From contig CM059432.1 of assembly GCA_030390025.1 (NCBI GenBank), positions 89,530,001-89,594,000 of the forward strand: a DNA stretch of 64,000 bases, given 5' to 3'. Made by a program: the position numbers and the translations under genes. Source of the stretch: Squalus acanthias (taxonomy: Eukaryota). This document shows positions 35,281 to 49,444 of the stretch, one piece after another. The notes under the pieces were generated by a model, which had not been told where the DNA came from, did not search any database, and was given only the letters and a program-made list of their open reading frames with translations. Position 1 is the stretch's first letter; each line of letters begins with the position of its first letter.

Positions 35281-36645
35281 GAACATAAGAAATAGGAGCA
35301 GGAGTAGGCCATTCAGTATTTAGAGCCTGCTCTGACCATTCAACAAGATCATGATCTTCGACCTCAACTCCACACGATTCCCTTAATATCCAAATATCTA
35401 TTGATCTCTGTCTTGAATACGCTCAATGACTGAGCATCCGCAGCCCTCTAGGGTAGAGAATTCCAAAGATTCACAACCCCTTTGAGTGAAGAAATTTCTC
35501 CTCATCACAGTCCTAAATGGCCAAACCTTTATTCTGAGATTGTGATCCCTAGTTCTAGATTCCCCAGCAAGGGGAAAACATCCTCCCAGTATTTACCCTG
35601 TCATGAGATCACCTCTCATTCTTCTAAACTCTAGGGAATATATAGGCCTAGTCTACTCAAACTCTCCTCATTGGACAATCCAGGAATCAGTCTAGTGAGC
35701 CTTTATTGCACTCCCATCTAAGGCAAGTATATCCTTCCTTAGGTAAGGAGACCAAAATTGTACACAGTACTCCAGGTATGGTATCACCAAGGCCCCTATG
35801 TAATTGCAGTAAAACTTCTTTACTCTTCTACTCCAATCCTTTTGTAATAAAGGCTAACATACCATTTGCTTTCCTAATTGCTTGCTGTACCTGCATGTTA
35901 ACTTTCTGTGATTCGAGTACATGGAAACCCAGATCCCTCTGAATACCAACATTTCCCAATCTCTCACCATTTAAAAAATATTCTGCTTTTCTATTTTTCC
36001 TACCAAAGTGGATAACTTCACATTTCTCCACAATATATTCCATCTGCCAAGTTCTTGCTCATTCACTTAACCTATCTATAATCCCTTTGCAGCCTTTTTA
36101 TGTCCTCCTCATAAGTTACTTTCCCACCTAGCTTTGTATCATCACCATCCTTGGATGCGTTACACTCAGTTCCTTCATCTAAGTCATTAAGATAAATTGT
36201 AAGTAGCTGAGGCCCGATCACTGACCCCACTAGTTACAGCCTACCAACCCGAAAATGACCCGTTTATTCTTACTCTCTGTTTTCTGTCCGTTAACCAATC
36301 CTCAATTCATGCTAATATATTACCCCCAATCCCATGAGCCATAGTTTTGTGTAATAATCTCTTGTGTGGCACCTTATCGAATGCTTTTTGAAAATCTAAA
36401 TGCATTACATCCACTGGTTCCCCCTTATCTACCCTGCTAGTTACAACCTCAAAAAACTCTACCAGATTTGTCAAACATGATTTCCCTTTCATAAATCCGT
36501 GTTGACTCTGCCCAATCATATCATGATTTTCTAAGTGCCCTGTTGCCACGTCCCTAATAATAGGTTCTAGCACTTTCCCTACTACTGATTTCAAGATAAC
36601 TGGTATATAGTTCCCTGTTTTCTGTCTCCCTCCTTTCTTGAATAG
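35281..36645 (-). mobile_element. CR1 LINE, decayed, 5'-truncated
   Basis: HLDFQKAFDKVPH and KCEVIHFGRKN motifs; CR1 tail. Confidence 0.92.
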
Positions 36646-38351
36646 ACACAAGGGTCAGATAGCAGGTACAACTAAGCAGCCACTACAATATCAGATGCGG
36701 CATTCACAGTTACAGGGCCATTCTCTGACCTAGTACAAAGAGGTAGAAGGGCAGCACCATTACAAGAGGTGCCCATAGACATCCAGCAACAAATGTCTAG
36801 TTCACTGCTGCTTCAAATAATAGTGGCAATATGGATTATCATAAAATGAAGGCATCATGCCTCTTACTAGAGTATCAGGCATTAACCTGCATTATTTAAT
36901 ACCCATAGTCACATACCATCTGCACGTTAGTTGAATGAAATCAATTTATGTTCATGAACAACATGGAGTTGTTAGTAGGGACTAGAATGACCATATGCGT
37001 GTCATTTATGATGTCACATACTTCAGAACAACTTGACTCCTGGTAAAACTACTGCCATCATCGTTCCATGGGGAAAGTGGCAAAAGGGAAAAAGTGTTTC
37101 CTGTCACCAGCTTGATGTATCATAAACACAACAGACTGATTTATTTGGCAAAAATGCACCTTCACAGTGACCAGCAGAGCAATCCCTGTGGTCAATGTAT
37201 ATCCAGCTAGAGGGGCTCGCATAATTCAGTCACTGCCTCCCTCCCATGTGATGTGCAGGTGGTGAAGACAGGTCTCCTGATATACTAGCTGGCTCTGCCA
37301 AGGTTTACAGCACTGGCTGCTGGGGTAAAGGTAGGTGCAAACAGAACGCCTCTAATGTAATCTCACCTGCAGAAATTCATCTTCCTTTCACAAATCTCTG
37401 AGTGCAAGAGGATTTTCCATCCTCGGATTGCAGCAACTGAAATTGCAGCTGGCAGCAATAATGTAATGGGATAGCCAGATGGGGAAAAAGTAATGCAACA
37501 GTAAAAATGCACCAATAAACAAACTGCAACAGGAAACAATACAGCACATCATTGAGAATCCAACTCAAAGGCCAGATTGTGCCTCCTCTCCGTTGCTCAT
37601 TTTATATGGAGCTGAAAAGCTATTGGTGTATTTCCAACAAATAAAATATGGGGAATTGTAGCTGACAGCTATTTACTTGAATTTACATGGACTTCAGGGA
37701 TTTAAGGAGATTCTTACATGCCTTGTGCAAGAGCACTCTGAGCCTATTTTTAATACTGCAGGGAAATCAAACACAGTACATAAAGGGCAGGGAACAGATT
37801 TGTGGCCTACTCACCTGCTTCTCCAACCAGAGGTGCCTGCACTACTGGCACATCTGATCAGAAGATCCATGATATGTAGTGTAATGTGAGAAGAAAAACA
37901 ATATCATAATAAAAGGTACTACACTCTAGTTATATAGGGTTATGAATGGCCAGCATGAATTTGCATAAAGGTTTCACTTTTGTGTTTAACAGCAGCTTTA
38001 ACCACAGCAAGAATCTTACGACCATCTTTAAGAATCAATTCAATTGCCCGCGAAAATGGGCGCAGGGATCATGATGTGCGATTAACCCACGCCCATTCAA
38101 ACTAATGCAGGAAGCATGTAAACTTCGTGCTACCTACTAATTAAAATGATCGTGGTGTGCAGCCCAGCGCTAAACGCACTGCTGATTGGCTGCACTCTCA
38201 GCAGGGGGCCCAAGTTTGTGCGAGGCTAGCACCAATTAAAGCTAGCCTGCACTTCTTAAAGCCAGCCTGCACCTCTTAAAGGGGGAGGGGGATGTAGTTT
38301 GACAACACCAGGTGCTGGAATTCATTCCAGAAAGCAGTTTCAACTGGGAAA

Positions 38352-40278
38352 TATTCAGCAGGCCAGGGAAAAGGCTCTAAGGTTCTCAGACACAGCACTG
38401 GAGGCTTAGTGCAGGAGGTGGAGAGGAGGAGAGAGCTTCTGTTTCCACAGGGGGCCAGGAGGCCCTCCAGACAGACATTGCAAAAGCAGTGGGAGCAGAT
38501 ACCCACAGAGGTCAATGCCAACGGTGTTGCCCCGAAGATCTGGATACAGTGCCGTAAGAAGTTCAATGACCTCACATGAGTGGTCAAAGTCAGTGAATTC
38601 ATCTTCAAATGCCATATCCCACAAACTGCACCACTAGCCTCACACACTGCTCAATTCACCACATCCCCATCACTCACCTACCAACAATCTCTATCAATCA
38701 CGACTCATACCTCATATTCCTATGCTCCATCTCACCCTCACACACTTACCACTGCTGCAAGCCTCACACCCACATCTCACAGCCTGCACACACTTACAGC
38801 TATTCAACAATGACAGCCACATCAGCCAAACACACTGCACCACACTCACTGACACACTCCCTTCTCTCTTGCCGGACAAGGTGGCACACAACCGTAGGAA
38901 GTGGCAACTAACCAGAGGGAGACAGGTGTGCCTCCATATCCTGACCCCGCTTGAGGAGCTGGTACTTGGCATAATTGGAGTGGCTGTGACGGAGGCTGCG
39001 GCCAGCGGTGGCGCTGAAAAAATTGAACATGACGGTATGCCCTAATCCTTCTTCTCACATCCCAGATCCCCCTCATCCCACAATCTCTTCTGACTTACAA
39101 GCTGCCAATGGTGTAAGCACACACCTCTTGCTCTCCCCAGCGCCCCACCATCACCTCAAACCTACCCTTGCGCCTTTCTAATTTCAGATACCCAAGAAAT
39201 CCAACCTGGCCAGGCAGTGGAGGAAGAGGAAGAGGAGAGTGATGATGAAGAAGAAACAGTCACTCAATCTGACACTCGCAGCCACCAGCTCAGTTACTGG
39301 CACTGCACTGGACTTTAGAGGGTAGCTTGGGGGTGGGATCTGCACATGGTGAGTCACCGGGCATGAGTGGGCTGTGGCCAGGGCAGGGGGAAAGAGTAGC
39401 GTGATTGCCAGCTCCCTAGAGGGCGAGGTTGCACACATGTTCTGCTGCACAGGACTCCGATGAGGACTTCAATGGGGTGACCTACAGAACAAAGCTGATG
39501 GATATGCACAACAAAATGCTTGGTGCATTGGCAGGCCAGCCAGAAAGCCTGAATGCAATGTCAAGGAGCATGGAAGAGTTCAGCTCCAACCTTGCACAGG
39601 GCTTTGGGCAGAGCTTGGAGCCCATTTTTTCCAGCGTGGAAGGTGTGGGCAGATCCATTAGCGCACTTGTGGGCCCAACCATCATGCCGCATCTGATGGT
39701 CGAGTCTCAGCTTCCATTGTAGCACAAGCCACCCAATGTCTGAGTGCTGCAATGGAAGTTCAGACTGCTGCCATCAGACTGAAGTCATGCAAGCTCAGCT
39801 TGCTGCCATGCAAGCACAGACTGCTGCCATCATGGCTGTGGTTACCAGTGTTTAAAAGGGTTTGCAGGGTGTCACAGCAGTCCAGCAATCTGTCCTCCAA
39901 CAGATTACTAGGATTGCTGAGGCACCGCCCCAGGGGAGTGGCAGTGGCCCCGTGGAGCATGAACCTGCTGTCCTCTCTCAGGATGACAGCGTTCGTCCTC
40001 CCACCACTGCCACTCCGCCAGTGTCCATACTATTGCCAGTCAGCCAACCAGCCCAGACTGCTGCCACCCATACCGAAATGGTGCAGTCTGAAGCTGGGCC
40101 TTCTAGGCCCAGAGCTACTTGAGGTCGTCCTCCAAGGTCATCTGCAGTCTCCCCCACTGATAGTCAGCAGCCTTCCACCAGCCATGCTGCAGCCACTGGG
40201 GAAGCACTGCATAAGAGTACTAGGACAGGCAAAGGCACACTGAAGACAGGTACTACGGGAATGCACCAGGGTGATTAG
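38352..40278 (+). pseudogene. Myb/SANT-like gene remnant (exons about 38352-38589, 38876-39034, 39187-40278)
   Basis: RRELLFPQGARRP...WIQCRKKFNDL, KVAHNRR...LTPLEE and GRPPR near the end; many stops and frameshifts. Confidence 0.8.
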
Positions 40279-40448
40279 TTGACTCTTGAATGAAATATTG
40301 TAATGGTTTGATTCATAAAATTGGTATGGAATGTTTGTTTTGTGGTGGCTTTTATTGTAGCTTTGTGGCCAAGAGGACGCTGTGATGGTCAGTAAAGAAG
40401 GGAAGGTAAAGTGTGGGACTATTAGTGAATGGGGAATTGGAGTTGCGT

Positions 40449-41495
40449 TCACTGGTACCACAGTCGGATGAGTCGATCACGGACAGTCCGGGCAGAAAGG
40501 GGCTGTCTGGGTTGCCTCCTCCCTTCCTCCTCCTCCTCTTCTGCTTCCTCCTCTTCCTCCTCAGCTGGTCGCAGTATGCCTGGTGGCAAGAGCTGTGCCC
40601 TCATGATGGCAAGGTTGTGGAGCGTGCAGGAGACCACAACGAATTTTGAGACACGCTCTGGCAAGTACTGCAGGGCTCCTCCAGAGCGGTCCAGGCAGCA
40701 GAAGCGTTGTTTAAGGATGCCAATGGTCTGCTCCATCAGATTCCGTGTGGCAACATGGCTTTCATTGTATGCATGCTGCCCACGTGTGTGTGGAGTCATG
40801 AGCCAGGTGGTCAGCGGATAGCCCTTGTCATCCAGTAACCACCCTCTGGTTTGTTGTGGTGGCTCAAATGCTGATGGTACAATAGACAGCCGCAGAATGA
40901 AGGCATCATGACTGCTGCCAGGGTATCGAGCATTGACCTGCATGATGCGCTGAGTATGGCCACACACCAGCTGGATATTGAGGGAGTGGAATCCCTTCCG
41001 TTTGCGATACATTCCAAATTGAGATGCGGCGCCCGAAAAGCAACTTGTGTGCAGTCAATCGCGCCATACACCATGGGGAAGTCTGCTATCATGGCAAAGC
41101 CGTGTGTTCGCTCCACCTGCTTTTCTCTAGCAAGAAAGCATAAAATGTATTCAAGGAGCCCGACGTGAAGAAGTTCAAGGCCACGGTTACCTTTACAGCC
41201 ACTGGCAATGCCGTCCTCGCCCTGGACTGAGGCTGCAGGTCTGCCTACAACAGTTGGCAGAGTTCAGTGAGTACCTCCTTAGTAAAATGGAGATGTCGAA
41301 TGCACTGTTCCTCACTGAGGTTGAAGTAGGAGAACGGCATCCTGAAGACGCTGGGTGGATTTGACCTCCTGCTGAAATTCCTTCTCCCCCTCCTTCTTCT
41401 GCCTCTTCTAGCAGCTTGTCCTGCTCTGTGTCGTCTCTGCTCATTCTCCCTGTCATGCTGCAGGCCAAGGGGGATACAAACTACTGCACCCGTGT
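40449..41495 (-). pseudogene. HARBI1-like transposase remnant
   Basis: [37 protein letters not shown] and EQTIGILKQRF in ORFs 40449-41012, 40811-41116 and 41245-41610. Confidence 0.9.
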
Positions 41496-42778
41496 CTGGG
41501 AGCAACTGGTCTGAGCAGACCCCTTGCAAGTCAGTACCAAGTCCTTGAGCACGTGCCACACTACTCCTTGTAGACTTTAGGCAACTTAAAAAAAATCTAG
41601 AAAGCACCAAACACTTCTACAAAGCAAGCACCAGCTAATAGAAATCAATCAGCAACTAACCAGTAAGTAGGTGATGATCAGTAAGTAGATGGGGGTCCTT
41701 CCTGCTGCTGAACTCATGTTTGGCAGTGCGAGGTTAAGAGAGGGTGTTAGCTCCAGTGTTGAGATCGAAAATGGCAGCGCTGGCGTCAGGTCAGTATAGC
41801 ACGCTGATTGACATCACGATCTGCGTACTCTGCATACTTCTGGCGCACGATCCCAGTGCCGACTCTAACGCCCTCACCAAAATGGCGTCCACTGCAACCC
41901 TCATCAGAAGTGACCGCGTGCTGCTCGGACGCCATTTTTGACCCAAAACGGCACCCGTAGCGCCCAAACAATGAGCGCTACGCAACCGAATTTTTAGCCC
42001 AAAAGCTTCTTTAAAGTTTATTGTTGTGGGAATCAACTGCTTTTATCCAATCTGCTAGGTACAAGACAAGGTGAAATTGAGGTTTTCGGTCCAAGGGTGA
42101 GTGCTTCAAAATTGAACAGAAAACATTGTTCATTCCTGATAACAATACAATCCTGCGCAATGCATTCCTTTGCTTTAATAACATTATTGTCTACAGCAAA
42201 ATCTAGTGCAACCCAAACCATTGGTACAAATAGAATGAGGACCAAAGAGAAGTGGCAGGGTGCAATTTTCTGCTGGCACAAATAGCATACTACTGTGCCA
42301 AAGGGACAATTGAAGACAAATGTGTTTACTTTGCTGCTTGCTAGTTTGAATTAACCCTTTAGTTCAACAGCTGTTGGAGTCAATGAGCTGCCAGTGAGTT
42401 GACTTGTTCAGCAGAGCCCCTCTTATTTTGATGCATTTTTACACATCAGGGATTGACACGGTCATATTTATGATGCAATCATGCCAACCATTAGAACTAG
42501 AGCTTTGGTTTGGAAGCCAGATTTCAGGCAACTAAAGCAAATTTTAAAAAGATTCTCAGATTTGGAAATGAGGGCTAGGAAGAAAAAGAAAATGAGTAAA
42601 GAAAAGAGTTTAAGAACATTTTTAATGTTATAACAGAATTAGAATAAAAAATAAGAGAATGTGAATAAGGAAGATGAGCCTCACATAACCGTGTTCCTGT
42701 GGGTTCCCTTGTTGATCCCTCTGATGTTCAGATTCTTCCATCTTCTGCGCCTTGCCTCCACACTGGCACAGCGTTGTA

Positions 42779-43200
42779 AGAAAGAAAGATTTGCATTTAT
42801 AAAGTGCCTTTCATGATTTTAGGACATCCCAAAGCACTTTACAACAAATGAAATACTTTTGAAGTGTAGTCACTGTTGTAATGTAGGAAACGCGGCAGCC
42901 AATGTGCACACAGCAAGCTCCCACAAACAGCAATGTGATAATGACCAGATAATCTGTTTTTGTGATAAATATTAGCCAGGACACCGGGGATAACTCTCCT
43001 GCTCTTCTTCAAAATAGAGCCTTGGAATCTTTTACACCCACCTGAGAGAGAAGACGGGCCTTGGTTTAACCTCCAACAGTGCAGCATTCCCTCAATACTG
43101 CACTGGAGTGGCAGCCTAGATTATGTGTTCAAGTCTTTGAAGTGTGACTTGAACTCACAACCTTCTGACTCAGGCGAAAATGCTGCCCACTGAGCCACGG
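42779..43200 (-). mobile_element. Deu-SINE, near full length
   Basis: Reverse complement match to the 27074 SINE from tail to A-box. Confidence 0.88.
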
Positions 43201-43384
43201 CTTTGTAGCTCAAAGCCCTTCACTCCTACTTTCATTTCATTGCTGCCTATTGTTGGTCAGGGCATTGCTTCACTTGAATCTTCAGTATGCCTTTGTAATG
43301 CTTTTGTTGTCCTCCCTATTTTCTTCTGCCATCCACCAGATATCTATAAGGCACCTGCTTTGGCAACTGTATGTCGTCAATCCT

Positions 43385-44437
43385 AAGAGGCTTGGATAGT
43401 CTACCAAAGGCCACACTTGCTCTGTGTGTGTGAGCCATCACTTGTTATCGATCCTTGTATCATCAGATAATATACTTCCAAGATAGGTGCACTCCTTCAC
43501 TGCATCCAATTCAGTTTCACCAATAGTGATCGACGGTCCAACATATGACTTTCCAGGAGCTGATTGATACATTACTTTAGTCTTCTTTAGACTGATAGTC
43601 AGCTCGTAGCTGATAACAGAAGCTGCGACTATATCCATCATCAGATGATGATGGCTTTCCTGGACAGATTTACAAGATTGAATGTAGAGCTCTTACTGAG
43701 CACCTGCACAAGCTGTTCTGCCTAATCTGGAGAGAGGAGAAGGTCCCGCAGGAACTAAAGGATGCAACCATCATCGCGATATAAAAGAGCAAAGGAGAGA
43801 AGTCTGACTCTGATCCACTTCTATCTATAGCTGGCAAGATTCTGAGTCAGATTCTTCCCGATCGCCTGCTCCTGAATAAAGTGGATAGGAGCTTTCCGGA
43901 ATCGCAATGCAGCTTCAGGGTTAGCTGAGGTTCCACTGACAATGATCTTCATTGCTTGCCAAATTCAGGAGAAATGCAGGCAGCAAAATCGAGTCCTATG
44001 TATGGCATTTGTTGACTTGACGAAAGCTTTCAACACTGTCAGCCGGCCCAGACTTTGGAAACTTGTGAGAAAATTTGCTTGTCCAGCGACATTCTTGCCA
44101 GTTCTGAAACAGCTGCATGATGGGATGCATGACAGTGTGAATTGACAGTACTCTGTCCGAATCATTCCCTGTTTTGAATGGTATGAAACAACCATGTGTA
44201 CTGGGCCCTGTTCTATTTGCACGCCTTTACGCGCCTATGCTGGAAGATGCAACTGGGGATTCACGGGTAAGAGTTGGGATATAAATCCGCACAACGGGGA
44301 AACTGTTTGATCTATCAAGGTTGCGAGCATAGAGTAAGGTCTCTAAATTATACAGGAACCTCTGCATGCTGATGACTGCACCCGTGTGGCACATTCCAAA
44401 AAGGGCCTTCAGCTGACGATGGATAGATTTTCAGCTT
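43385..44437. mobile_element. RTE-clade (BovB-like) LINE RT remnant in two oppositely oriented pieces (about 43385-43643 on -, 43645-44437 on +)
   Basis: PQELKDATII, AGKIL, QIQEKCRQQN, AFVDLTKAFNTVSR and HADDC on +. LTISLKKTKVMYQ and YLGSILS on -. Confidence 0.82.
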
Positions 44438-44946
44438 TCGCTAGCAGAACAGGGGAATAAAGAAAAATAAAGGGGGCTGATTCTGTGATCTGCTGCTCCC
44501 AGCAAGGCGTAGCACTCACAGGATGCACATCTCAAGAAATTGCAGGTCCGCAGTCTGTGAACATCAGAGATTGCCAGCCCGAATGCACTGTCTGCAAGTG
44601 GAGCTACCCACTGAGAGTACTGGATCACAGAATCTCCCCTGAGGTGACCAGGTTTAAAGCATTTAAAAATAAATCAAATTGTGTTACAGGTATTTTATTT
44701 TTGTAGTTTGTGGTTAACTTCTGGGATTGATTTCATTGGAAGAGAATATCGGACGGGTTGCTGATTCGCTTTCGCGCCACCGCCAAAGAACAATTTCAGC
44801 CCCATATTGTTTCCGATGTGTGGGGGAGTATTAAATGTTGATATGGCACACTGATTTTCTTTGTTCAGTTCCCTGTACAAGTAGCATGAGTATTTGCATA
44901 ATGTTGTTACATATGTTGACCATATTTATTTTTGGTCCATTTTATC

Positions 44947-45078
44947 GGGTTAATTTTGTGAGATGAGGCTCCTGGCATGGAACCTTACTAGACAAGAGGA
45001 CAGGATGGAGATGGGATAATTCTGTGCTCCCGTCTAGTGAGGCTTCCTGCTAGGAGTGGAAACTTGTAAAATTACCCC
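44947..45078. mobile_element. Small palindromic MITE
   Basis: GGGTTAATTTT / AAAATTACCCC ends. Inner arms CTCCTGGCATGGAACCTTACTAGAC and GTCTAGTGAGGCTTCCTGCTAGGAG. Confidence 0.65.
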
Positions 45079-45468
45079 TTACATGCCTACCTGACAAATT
45101 TGCAGGTTTGATTTAATTAAAAATTTTATTTAGCTTTTCATAGGAAACTTTATTTTGTATTGCAAGATTTATAAGGAAAGGGAGAAAAAGTGGAGGTGTG
45201 GCGACAACAATGACAAATGGAGTATAAGTGGTCTAATCTTAGAGATTCAGGGCTCGATTTTACCAGCCCTGAGGAGGCGGGTTTGGAGGCAGGTCAGGTG
45301 GTAAAATGGCTAAAAATGCCGGCGGGTTCCGATCCCGCCGTCAACCCGCCTCTGTGCAACTTTGTCAAAGGCGGACTTGCAGACTCCCGTTCGGTCCCGC
45401 CACCAAGCGGCGGGATAGGCCCTTAAGGCAGTTAACTGGTTGTTAACTGCCTGTATAATCCTGTTTTG

Positions 45469-46377
45469 CACCAACACCTGGAGCCCAGAGGAGCGGGTGG
45501 ACACCCCTTACCAGTGGCTGTCAAAGTCACCACTGCCCTCAATTTTTTTGCTTCAGGGTCCTTCCAGGGCTCATCAGCAGCATTTCCCGGTCGGCCGCAC
45601 ACACCTGCATCACGCAGGTAACCGATGCCCTCTTTGCCAAGGCGCCCAATTACATACACTTCTCCACGGATCAAGCAAGTGTAACCGCGCGTGCGGTTGG
45701 CTTTGTAAATATGGCAGGCTTGCCAAGGGTGCAGGGCATTGTAGACGGCACACATGTGGCCCTTAGGGCACCCCATCACAACCCAGCTGTATTTGTCAAC
45801 CGCAAGGGCTTCCACTCCCTCAACGTGCAGCTGGTGTGTAACCACAGGAAGGACATTTTGCATGTTTGCGTGAAGTACCCTGGCAGTTGTCATGACTCGT
45901 TCATCCTGCGCCAGTCTAGTGTGCCTCTGCTCTTCAATCCACCAAACCAACTTTCCAGGTGGCTACTTGGAGACAAGGGCTATCCCCTGAAGACGTGGCT
46001 GATGACGCCGTTGAGGAGCCCATCGAACAAAGCTGAGGAGCACTACAATGCAGGCCACATTTCCACCAGATCCATCATCGAGCAAACCATTGGCTTGCTG
46101 AAGATGCGATTCAGATGCCTTGATAGATCAGGTGGAGCCCTGCAGTAGTCAGCAGCCAGGGTCTCCAGAATCGTCGTGGTCTGCTGTGCACTGCACAACA
46201 TCGCACAGCATCGTGGCTTGCAGCTGCCTGAGGAACAAGTGGCTCAGCGCATATCTCCTCAGAAGAGGAGGAGGAGCAGGAAGAGCTTGCGGAGGCGGAT
46301 GCGCCAGTTCCAGCAGCACGCGAGCACATTGCTGCCCATGATGCAAGGGATGCAATAATCTTTGCCAGATTCGCTTA
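45469..46377 (+). pseudogene. HARBI1-like transposase lacking its 5' part, with an internal stop at 46146
   Basis: [34 protein letters not shown] and [14 protein letters not shown]. About 600 bp are missing relative to copy 2. Confidence 0.92.
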
Positions 46378-46653
46378 AGCAGACGAATCAAACAAATGTG
46401 GCTGGCACCTTCTTAACACACCATACACAATGTACAAGAACCTGTGGTTTCCTATCACTCTGACCAACATCATTACAAATGCAAGTCGCCCTGAGCCCTC
46501 AATGTGGAACTTCCATTTCCGAGATTACATAGGCCAGAACGTCAACTGTTTGCTATCACTTCTGTTTAATCCATTCACAAAAGGATGACAATGTCAAATA
46601 TTAAAGAAAACAAAAGACAACAGAAAAGAACACCCAAGTGACTACCCTTGTGA

Positions 46654-49444
46654 CTAATTGTGCTTTATCTTCCTCTTACGTGTGCTTCTACGTGGTGCCT
46701 CCCCTGTGGCTTCAGCAGATGTGGAGGCACCTTGCTCACTTTCATGCTGCTCCTGCTTCGACACCTTTGGCGGGTGTCCTCTGGGTTTGCGAACCTGTGA
46801 GGGCTCGGCAACAGTCTGCTCCTCCTGCATCTGTGCGGGTGCTGAGACGCCTAACTCAGTTTTTTTTTATTCGTTTATGGGATCTAGGCATCGCTGGCAA
46901 TACCAGCATTTATTGCCATCCATAGTTGCCCTTGAGAAGGTGGTGGTGAGCCGCCTTCTTGAACCGCTGCAGTCCGTGTGGTGAAGGTACTCCAACAGTG
47001 CTATTAGGTAGGGTGTTCCAGGATTTTCACCCAGCGACGATGAAGAATCGGCGATATACTTCTAAGTCAGGATGGTGTGTGACTTGGAGGGGAACCTGGA
47101 GGTGGTGGTGTTCCCATGCACCTGCTGCCCTTGTCCTTCTAGGTGGAAGAGGTTGTGGGTTTGGGAGGTGCAGCCGAAGAAGCCTTGGCGAGTTGCTGCA
47201 GTACATCTTGTAGATGGTACACACTGCAGCCACGGTACGCCGGTGGTGGAGGGAGTGAATATTTAAGGTGGTGGATGGGGTGCCAATCAAGCGGGCTGCT
47301 TTGTCCTGGATGATGTCGAGCTTCTTGAGTGTTGTTGGAGCTGCACTCATCCAGGCAAGTGGAGAGTATTCCATCACAATCCTGACTTGTGCCTTGTAGA
47401 TGGTGGAAAGGCTTTGGGGAGTCAGGAGGTGAGACACTCGCCACAGAATACCTAGCCTCTGACCTGCTCTTGTTGCCACAGTATTTATGTGGCTGGTCCA
47501 GTTAAGTTTCTGGTTAATGGTGACCCCCAGGATGTTGATAGTGGGGGATTCGGCGATGGTAATGCCATTGAATGTCAAGGGGAGGTGGTTAGACTCTTGC
47601 TTGTTGGAGATAGTCATTGCCTGGCACTTCTGTGGCGCGAATGTTACCTGCCACTTATCAGCCCAAGCCTGAACATCGTCCAGGTCTTGTTGCATGCGGG
47701 CAGGGACTGCTTCATTTTTTTTTTCTGTGGAGTTGTGAATGGCGCTGAGAAAGTTGGGTGAGGACGCTGGTGGGGCTCTGATCGAGGGCTACTCAGTGGC
47801 ATGGGAGTGTGAGCGCTTGGAGAGGAGCCCCCACTTCCTTGTTGCCTGCCACCAACATCCCTCTCATGGGTCAGTCCCACTTCAGTGCTAGCAAGTGGCT
47901 TCACAGCACCTTGCTGCACATCAGTGGGGCCATGAGGACCCGTATCTGCACTGGCAGTCCTACTCAAAAGGACTTCCATGAAGCTCTGGTCTCTCTGCTC
48001 AATAGCTGCCCATCGCTCCTCCAGAGATGTCAGTCTATTCTGAACATTCACCATGTTTTCCAGACTCTGGCGACTTATTTCCTCCATGGCTGTAGCCAGC
48101 CTTTCCACGGAGGTTGCCACCCTTTCTGTGGTGGTGCATTCGCTCGCTATTGCCTCCTCAAAGGCACTGCTCATGTTAGACATGGACTCCTCCATCCTCT
48201 CCACACTCGCACTAACCCTGGAGACAAAACCTGCCAGAGACTCCTGCAGCTGTCCCTGGAGTTCCAGCACCTGCTCTCTTTCTGGATGGACCTGGAGGCA
48301 CAGGGTCCACATGCAGCTGAGCAGAGCTGGGAGCGCCCTGCGGCCTCCAATGAGGACTCTCTACTGCTGTCCCTGTCTCCACCATCAGCTGATGCTCACT
48401 TGTGAGCTGTGATACAACAGGTGACAACGCTACTCTATCTCCCGAAGGTCCCACCGAGGTGTGCGTATCTGCGCTGGTGCTGGGTGCGCTTAATTCTGCT
48501 GATGCTGCGCCCTCAGAGGTTGCAGGTTCCTCTGAGGAGTCTTCTGGCTCTGGCTCTTCCCCCTGGACAGTGGGGAGAGTGGGGGAGTAAAGGCATGAGT
48601 TAGACATGTGATATTAATGTAGCATGCACTGAAATTGTGCAGATGAACATCAGAAGCCATATCAGTCACTCATGCAATGTAAATGAGAGAGATGCAAAAC
48701 TATTCTGTCACCAGCTTGCTCTGATGCACCCATCTGTCTGTCCCCCACTTCCAGATCCTCCTCGGCTCCAACGATCTCTAGGGCCGCCTCCTCAGCGCTG
48801 GTGAGAGGGGCTATTAAGGGTGGCCCTCCTCCGGTCTTCACTCTTTCCCTCTTATTGTAGGCACTGTTTTCCTGCAATGAGGGACACAAGTGGAGTTTGA
48901 GTGAGAATGATGGAGTGAGTGTAGAGAATCCATAGCATAGATATTTAGAAGGAGACAAAGATGGAGTGAGGTCCCAATACCATGGGCCCTCCCTGTGTGT
49001 TGTTAGTTGTTGTCATTGCATAACAGTGATAGGGAGTGTGAGGGCAGCATAGTCGAATAGTGAAATGATTGTGTACATAGAGAGAGAGGGATGGGTAAGG
49101 GTGCAAGGGATGCAAGGATGTGTAGAAGTAGGTTGACAATGCAGAGTGCTGGTGCTGAGAGGAGATGGGGAGCAAAATGAGGGTAAAGGTGATGGTATAC
49201 TCACTTTTCCTGTGCGGACAAGGTCATTGAACCTCTTTCGGCACTGCAGCCAGGTTCTGCTGCACGTTAATCTGGAGCTGACCTCCTGTGCCAGTTGCAG
49301 CCACACAGCTTTGGTCTGCTGGGGAGGTTTTTTCCTCCCAGAGGAAGGAAAGAGCACCTCCTTTTGAGCTCTGGCTCCCTCCACTAGAGCATGGAGGGCA
49401 TCATCATCGAAGCGGGGTGAGGTCTTGGGCCTTGAGCTAGACAT
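46654..49444 (-). pseudogene. Myb/SANT-like gene (exons 49444-49205, 48871-48712, about 48565-46654), exon 3 disrupted by a LINE
   Basis: RTWLQCRKRFNDLVRTGK|GTGAGT; collinear with the copy-2 gene. Confidence 0.88.
46862..47751 (-). mobile_element. CR1-group LINE 3' fragment of a distinct family, inserted in Harbinger copy 4
   Basis: ORF 47027-47695 (WADKWQVTFAPQKCQ, IYKAQVR.MEY). AGTT duplicates at 46858-46861 and 47752-47755; the empty site is seen in copy 2. Confidence 0.9.

Larger units (their letters stand above)
38030..42000 (-). mobile_element. PIF/Harbinger transposon copy 3 (different subfamily, opposite orientation, heavily decayed)
   Basis: Myb/SANT remnant on +, transposase on -. 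Right end GCAACCGAATTTTTAGCCC; left TIR only partial (AATTCAATTGC). Confidence 0.88.
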
